NCBI GenBank assembly: GCA_050014495.1
Contig: JBEKDF010000063.1
Span: 1 to 10,135 of the forward strand
Direction of reading: 5' to 3'
Length of the DNA: 10,135 bases
Origin: Candidatus Bathyarchaeia archaeon
GTDB lineage: Archaea > Thermoproteota > Bathyarchaeia > TCS64
Each line of letters starts with the position of its first letter. Positions within the stretch are counted from its first letter, which is position 1. Made by a program: the position numbers and the translations under genes. Under the pieces are notes generated by a model. The model searched no databases, was not told where the DNA came from, and worked only from the letters and a program-made list of their open reading frames with translations. Below, in pieces: positions 7,159-10,135 of this stretch.

Positions 7159-7200
7159 ATGTCAAACCGGACTAAATTGACAGGCATGCGCGCGCGATAA
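7159..7200 (+). pseudogene. Truncated 5' stub of a downstream gene
   Basis: AAGGGTGG RBS, then ATG at 7159: MSNRTKLTG followed by ATGCGCGCGCGA and TAA. Confidence 0.4.
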
Positions 7201-7327
7201 TAAAACTGAGCAGCTTAAGGGAAGATCGAGCAAGCTGAAGGACACGCGCGAGAGGAAATCAGGAAAAAGAGGAAGACAAAAGAATAGGCTATTTGTAATT
7301 GTGCGCGAATGTGAAAGGTTTCTTCAA

Positions 7328-7498
7328 TCAACTAGTTTGATCGCGTTCGATCTTGTCCTTTTCTTTTCTTAATCCCTTCACGATTTTATCTTTCTCGGCT
7401 TCGATTCCCCTCTTAATATGCGCGGCTCCTTCATTTAATCCGGGTGCTAAGTCTTTTCCTGCGTCATCCACTTTATCCCCTTTTTTCTTTTTGGACAA
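7328..7498 (-). CDS. Small hydrophilic LEA-like protein (56 aa)
   Basis: TTG start; MSKKKKGDKVDDAGKDLAPGLNEGAAHIKRGIEAEKDKIVKGLRKEKDKIERDQTS*. 11-residue periodicity (EKDKI twice). Below the ORF-track cutoff. Confidence 0.65.
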   Translation of the reverse strand: MSKKKKGDKVDDAGKDLAPGLNEGAAHIKRGIEAEKDKIVKGLRKEKDKIERDQTS

Positions 7499-7657
7499 GT
7501 TACATCTACTTTTATTTCTGGGAAGCCAAGAATATAAACCGAAATTGGCACTTAAATGTATAAATGTTGCGAGCGCATGAGATATATTAAATCCGAGTTT
7601 CTACTGCCCGATTCCAGTTTATATTCTAGGATTACTAAATTAAAATTGGGATTGAAA

Positions 7658-7810
7658 TTGTCACCAAAATCTTTAGAGAAAAAAGTAGAGGAAACGGCAG
7701 GAGACATAGGAAGGGACGCTAAAAAGGCAGGAAAAGCAGTCGAGGAAAAAGCAGAGGAAATAGGACACGATATAAAGAAGGGCGCTAAAAAGATTAAAAA
7801 GAAGCTCTAA
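7658..7810 (+). CDS. Small hydrophilic LEA-like protein (50 aa)
   Basis: TTG start at 7658; MSPKSLEKKVEETAGDIGRDAKKAGKAVEEKAEEIGHDIKKGAKKIKKKL*, with an 18-aa tandem repeat. TTTATA at 7618-7623 upstream. Confidence 0.7.
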   Translation: MSPKSLEKKVEETAGDIGRDAKKAGKAVEEKAEEIGHDIKKGAKKIKKKL

Positions 7811-8066
7811 AAAGAGACGAATATAGTCACTCGCGCATACTCACAAAACTTCAGGATTAGATCATAGATATACGCGCGTGATGAAAGAAACCATAAGGCG
7901 CGCCCACATAAAGCCATATTTAGACTTACCCCCAACCCCACCGTGAAATTAACTGCATGCGCCTATCCGCCCACAACACCAGAGGCAATATGACACTGCG
8001 CCACCAGGCACCGCCAATCGCGCGCACGACCACCACCATGGTCAGCGCTTCCACGGCGAAACCACA

Positions 8067-8153
8067 CTAAGCCTGAGCGGCGCGAGCAGGCCCATGACCT
8101 ATTTTGTCGTACGCTATCTTTGTACCGTCCTTGGACGTTACTGTGACTTTCAT
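8067..8153 (-). pseudogene. 5' fragment of an alpha/beta hydrolase
   Basis: ATGA-coupled to the DUF1801 stop. MKVTVTSKDGTKIAYDKIGHGPA is a classic alpha/beta-hydrolase N-terminus; it is followed by CGCGCC and a stop five codons later. Confidence 0.8.
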
Positions 8154-8521
8154 TCTCCGGCCTCGTCCATCCTCATCCGGGCCCTGACCAGCTTCTTGAT
8201 CAAGGGGACCGGCATCGGATTGCCCAGTGGAAAATGGAGGGCCGACTTGGTGCTTACGTATCCTGCCAGCTCGTCCTTATGTGCCTCGATTACTGGGAGA
8301 CGCAGGTAGAATCCGATGTCAGATTTCATGAGGCTGAAGTAGCAGAGTCGTGCCTCGATGCCGCGCTTCCCCTTGTAGCTGTAGAAGGGCATCCCGTAGC
8401 TGATGCTCTCGACGGCATCCGGCGCGGCCTCCCTGATCGCCTCACGGACCGCCCTTAGCTTCGGCTGCGTCTCCTTCGGGGCGGTCGCTATGTATGAATC
8501 GACGTCCTTCGCTGGCTTCAT
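8150..8521 (-). CDS. DUF1801 (YdhG/iron chaperone-like) protein
   Basis: VDSYIA-x-x-P, L-x-x-VR-x-x-IREAAPDA-x-ESISYGMP-x-Y, SKSALHFP-like segment and P-x-x-LIKKLV-x-AR. Confidence 0.88.
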   Translation of the reverse strand: MKPAKDVDSYIATAPKETQPKLRAVREAIREAAPDAVESISYGMPFYSYKGKRGIEARLCYFSLMKSDIGFYLRLPVIEAHKDELAGYVSTKSALHFPLGNPMPVPLIKKLVRARMRMDEAGE

Positions 8522-8525
8522 CCAC

Positions 8526-8756
8526 TCATTCTACCTTCTTGGCGTCTTCAGTTATCTTCCTCTTGGCAAGGTCCGGGTTTTGCACGTACAGGATGATCGC
8601 GTTGGCGTGGCCGCGCCCGAACCCGAAGTCCGATTTGAGCCATGCAAGAAGCTCAACATACTTTACAAGGCCCTTCTCCTTTGCTAATTTTTGAAAGTCT
8701 CCCGACGACTTGCCGGTCTTCGCCTTGATGTTGTCTATGTACGCCTTGTATGTCAT
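8526..8756 (-). CDS. DUF4287 domain protein
   Basis: YIDNIKAKTGKS and WLKSDFGFGRGHANAI. Co-oriented 4 nt upstream of DUF1801. Confidence 0.85.
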   Translation of the reverse strand: MTYKAYIDNIKAKTGKSSGDFQKLAKEKGLVKYVELLAWLKSDFGFGRGHANAIILYVQNPDLAKRKITEDAKKVE

Positions 8757-8801
8757 AATCTCACACTACGATTTTACTTATTTATTTTTTCGAAGCTGTA
8801 C

Positions 8802-8809
8802 TTATAAAA
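8802..8809 (-). promoter_or_regulatory. TATA box for the DUF4287-DUF1801 operon
   Basis: Minus-strand TTTTATAA about 46 nt upstream of the ATG at 8756. Confidence 0.5.
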
Positions 8810-8829
8810 CCTGCATTTCGCGCGCGCAT

Positions 8830-9498
8830 GACGGCGAGATAGTGCTCGGGGAAGGGTCAGCTTCAGGACCCCTGGAAGACGCGATCAAAAATTTTGGCTA
8901 CGAGCCCCTCATTGAGGAATACGGCTTGAAGCTCGTAGACTTCAACAAAGACAAATCTATAGAACTCGAAGGTCTAGACTCAAAACTAGCGCCACTCCGG
9001 TTCAAGGAGTCCAAGGCCCTCCATGACTGAGACTACCTCATCTCAGCCGCGGTCCCAAAGACGCATGACACGGTCATCGCCACCCTCTCCATCAAAAACA
9101 TAGTGGTTGGCTCGCTAGTCACTGTGAGTGAAAAACAGAAGATACACCAGGGATACAAGGCGATCAATCTCAACATCGCGAGATTCATACGACAACGTAT
9201 GCCAGACCTCGCCATATTAGACGGCTTCATAGGAATGGAGGGAGAGGGACCCGAAGATGGAACCCCCGTCCAACTACACGCCACGGCAGCCAGCGTTAAC
9301 CCAGTCTCACTCGACGCCGTCATGGCGAAGATCATGGGCTTCGAACCACTTGACATCGGATACCTTCACCACCTAGACCAATGGGGAGTAGGCGTAGCCA
9401 GACTAGGCGAAATATCCGTGATAGGTCAACCCCTTGAGGAAATGACCCCAAAATTCAAACCCCACTCAACCTACAGAGACCAACTCAACTGGAAATAA
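8830..9498 (+). pseudogene. DUF362 domain protein, 5'-truncated with an internal in-frame TGA
   Basis: ORFs 8710-9030 and 9103-9498 share one frame: DGEIVLGEGS...LVDFN...ALHD*DYLISAAVPKTHDTVIATLSIKN...PDLAILDGFIGMEGEGP...SLDAV-x-A-x-IMGF. The N-terminal IKPN region is absent. Confidence 0.85.
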
Positions 9499-9774
9499 CT
9501 CGCGAAAAAGACTCAAAAATCACACACCCACACATTTAACGTTACGAAGCAGCAGTCAAACCTGATGAATGCCGTTGACTCCATCTTTATGCCATAAGGT
9601 CACACGCGAATTAATGCACGTTAGGATATCCATTATGGATAGATATATTTTAACAGTTCAAGGCTTTCAGGTACACATGCGTATGGGTTGTATAATGCAT
9701 GTTAAGATGAGGCTTATACCAAAGTAAATTTGGGTTAAGATTATCCGAATAAGGGTGGAAGTGAGGATAAGGCT

Positions 9775-9888
9775 ATGGAGGAAGCGTATGTAAATGAGAT
9801 TAAAATCCTGGAATATATCCCGAGGGTTACGAAGAAAGGTTTGCGTTACTTCGACGTCTCACAAGTGAGAATTATTAGAAACTTATAA
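9775..9888 (+). CDS. Possible small hypothetical protein (37 aa)
   Basis: MEEAYVNEIKILEYIPRVTKKGLRYFDVSQVRIIRNL* with a purine-rich RBS-like upstream sequence. No recognisable family. Confidence 0.3.
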   Translation: MEEAYVNEIKILEYIPRVTKKGLRYFDVSQVRIIRNL

Positions 9889-9923
9889 TCCTAGGTTAGA
9901 TATTTTTCATTGAGGGGCGCTAG

Positions 9924-10135
9924 TTGTCGGCGAAGGATAGAATGGATGAGATGTTGAGGACCATTGAGGACGCGGGTAGTAATGGGATTGAGATGAGGGA
10001 GCTGTTGAGTATCTATTATGAGAAATGGGGTTTCAGACTCGCTACCATCAAGGGATACGTCTCTGACCTTGAGGAGATTGGGAAGATTAGAGTCTCAGGG
10101 ACCATGGTCTACTATTTCAGTTATGAGCCTCCCAG
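9924..10135 (+). CDS. Small winged helix-turn-helix protein (runs off the right edge)
   Basis: GAGGGG RBS and TTG start. MSAKDRMDEMLRTIEDAGSNGIEMRELLSIYYEKWGFRLATIKGYVSDLEEIGKIRVSGTMVYYF... has three helices and an L-x-x-x-G-x-I wing. Not in the ORF track. Confidence 0.75.
   Translation, partial: MSAKDRMDEMLRTIEDAGSNGIEMRELLSIYYEKWGFRLATIKGYVSDLEEIGKIRVSGTMVYYFSYEPP

Larger units (their letters stand above)
123..8827. repeat. Dispersed (CG)n/(GC)n runs, often as ATGCGCGC
   Basis: Runs of at least 6 nt at 123-132, 259-264, 5075-5080, 5680-5687, 5720-5725, 5769-5778, 6184-6193, 6236-6242, 7188-7196, 7245-7250, 7873-7878, 7898-7903, 8019-8025 and 8819-8827. Confidence 0.9.

Noticed and set aside
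7925..8038. Minus-strand 37-aa ORF MVVVVRAIGGAWW... and a possible G-quadruplex at 7929-7943
   Set aside because: The ORF has no RBS/TATA support or family resemblance, and there are only two long G-tracts.
5675..8084. CRISPR array or integron attC cassette array
   Set aside because: The repeats are only 6-13 bp with irregular spacing. There are no cas or intI genes and no attC R/L box structure, and module orientations are mixed.
8710..8829. N-terminal 40 codons of ORF 8710-9030
   Set aside because: They are antisense to the DUF4287 start and promoter. DUF362 similarity begins only at about 8830.
5397..9356. Shadow ORFs 5397-5633, 5451-5675, 6708-6992, 6758-6961, 6996-7187, 7353-7580, 8094-8309, 8234-8458, 8403-8687, 8494-8694 and 9033-9356
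   Set aside because: They overlap better-supported genes. 7353-7580 is the antisense of the LEA-like gene.
9551..9565. 15-bp identity CAGCAGTCAAACCTG shared with dsrF (1639-1653)
   Set aside because: A single isolated match with little flanking similarity, plausible by chance in 10 kb.
9545..9585. CTGATGA at 9563-9569 as a hammerhead ribozyme core or C/D box (also GTGATGA at 7878)
   Set aside because: No correctly placed GAAA with three stems, and no downstream CTGA D box.
9924..10135. wHTH protein as a Z-alpha (Z-DNA-binding) domain recognising the (CG)n runs
   Set aside because: It lacks the Z-alpha signature N-x-x-L-Y in helix 3 and P-P-x-W in the wing, so only a generic wHTH is supported.

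Overview
This window looks archaeal: it has TATA boxes, GGTG/GAGG ribosome-binding sites and many TTG/GTG starts. Bathyarchaeia is my guess, not a determination. The left half carries a divergently transcribed sulfur-relay locus (tusA, dsrE2-like, dsrE, dsrF, dsrH, Lrp/AsnC regulator) with palindromic operators, followed by a type IIIA P-type H+-ATPase. The right half is a mosaic of short, compositionally different modules: SixA, a MoaD/ubiquitin-like protein, a flavin reductase, two tiny LEA-like proteins, DUF1801, DUF4287 and a wHTH protein. The most striking signal is a set of at least 14 alternating (CG)n runs, 7 containing ATGCGCGC, found only between genes or at gene breakpoints. Several broken genes end at or next to such CG motifs: a bacterial holA 3' end, a 13-codon ORF stub, an alpha/beta-hydrolase 5' end and a 5'-truncated DUF362 gene. 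This suggests a GCGC-directed DNA capture, deletion or end-joining process. All family calls are from motif recognition, with no database searches.
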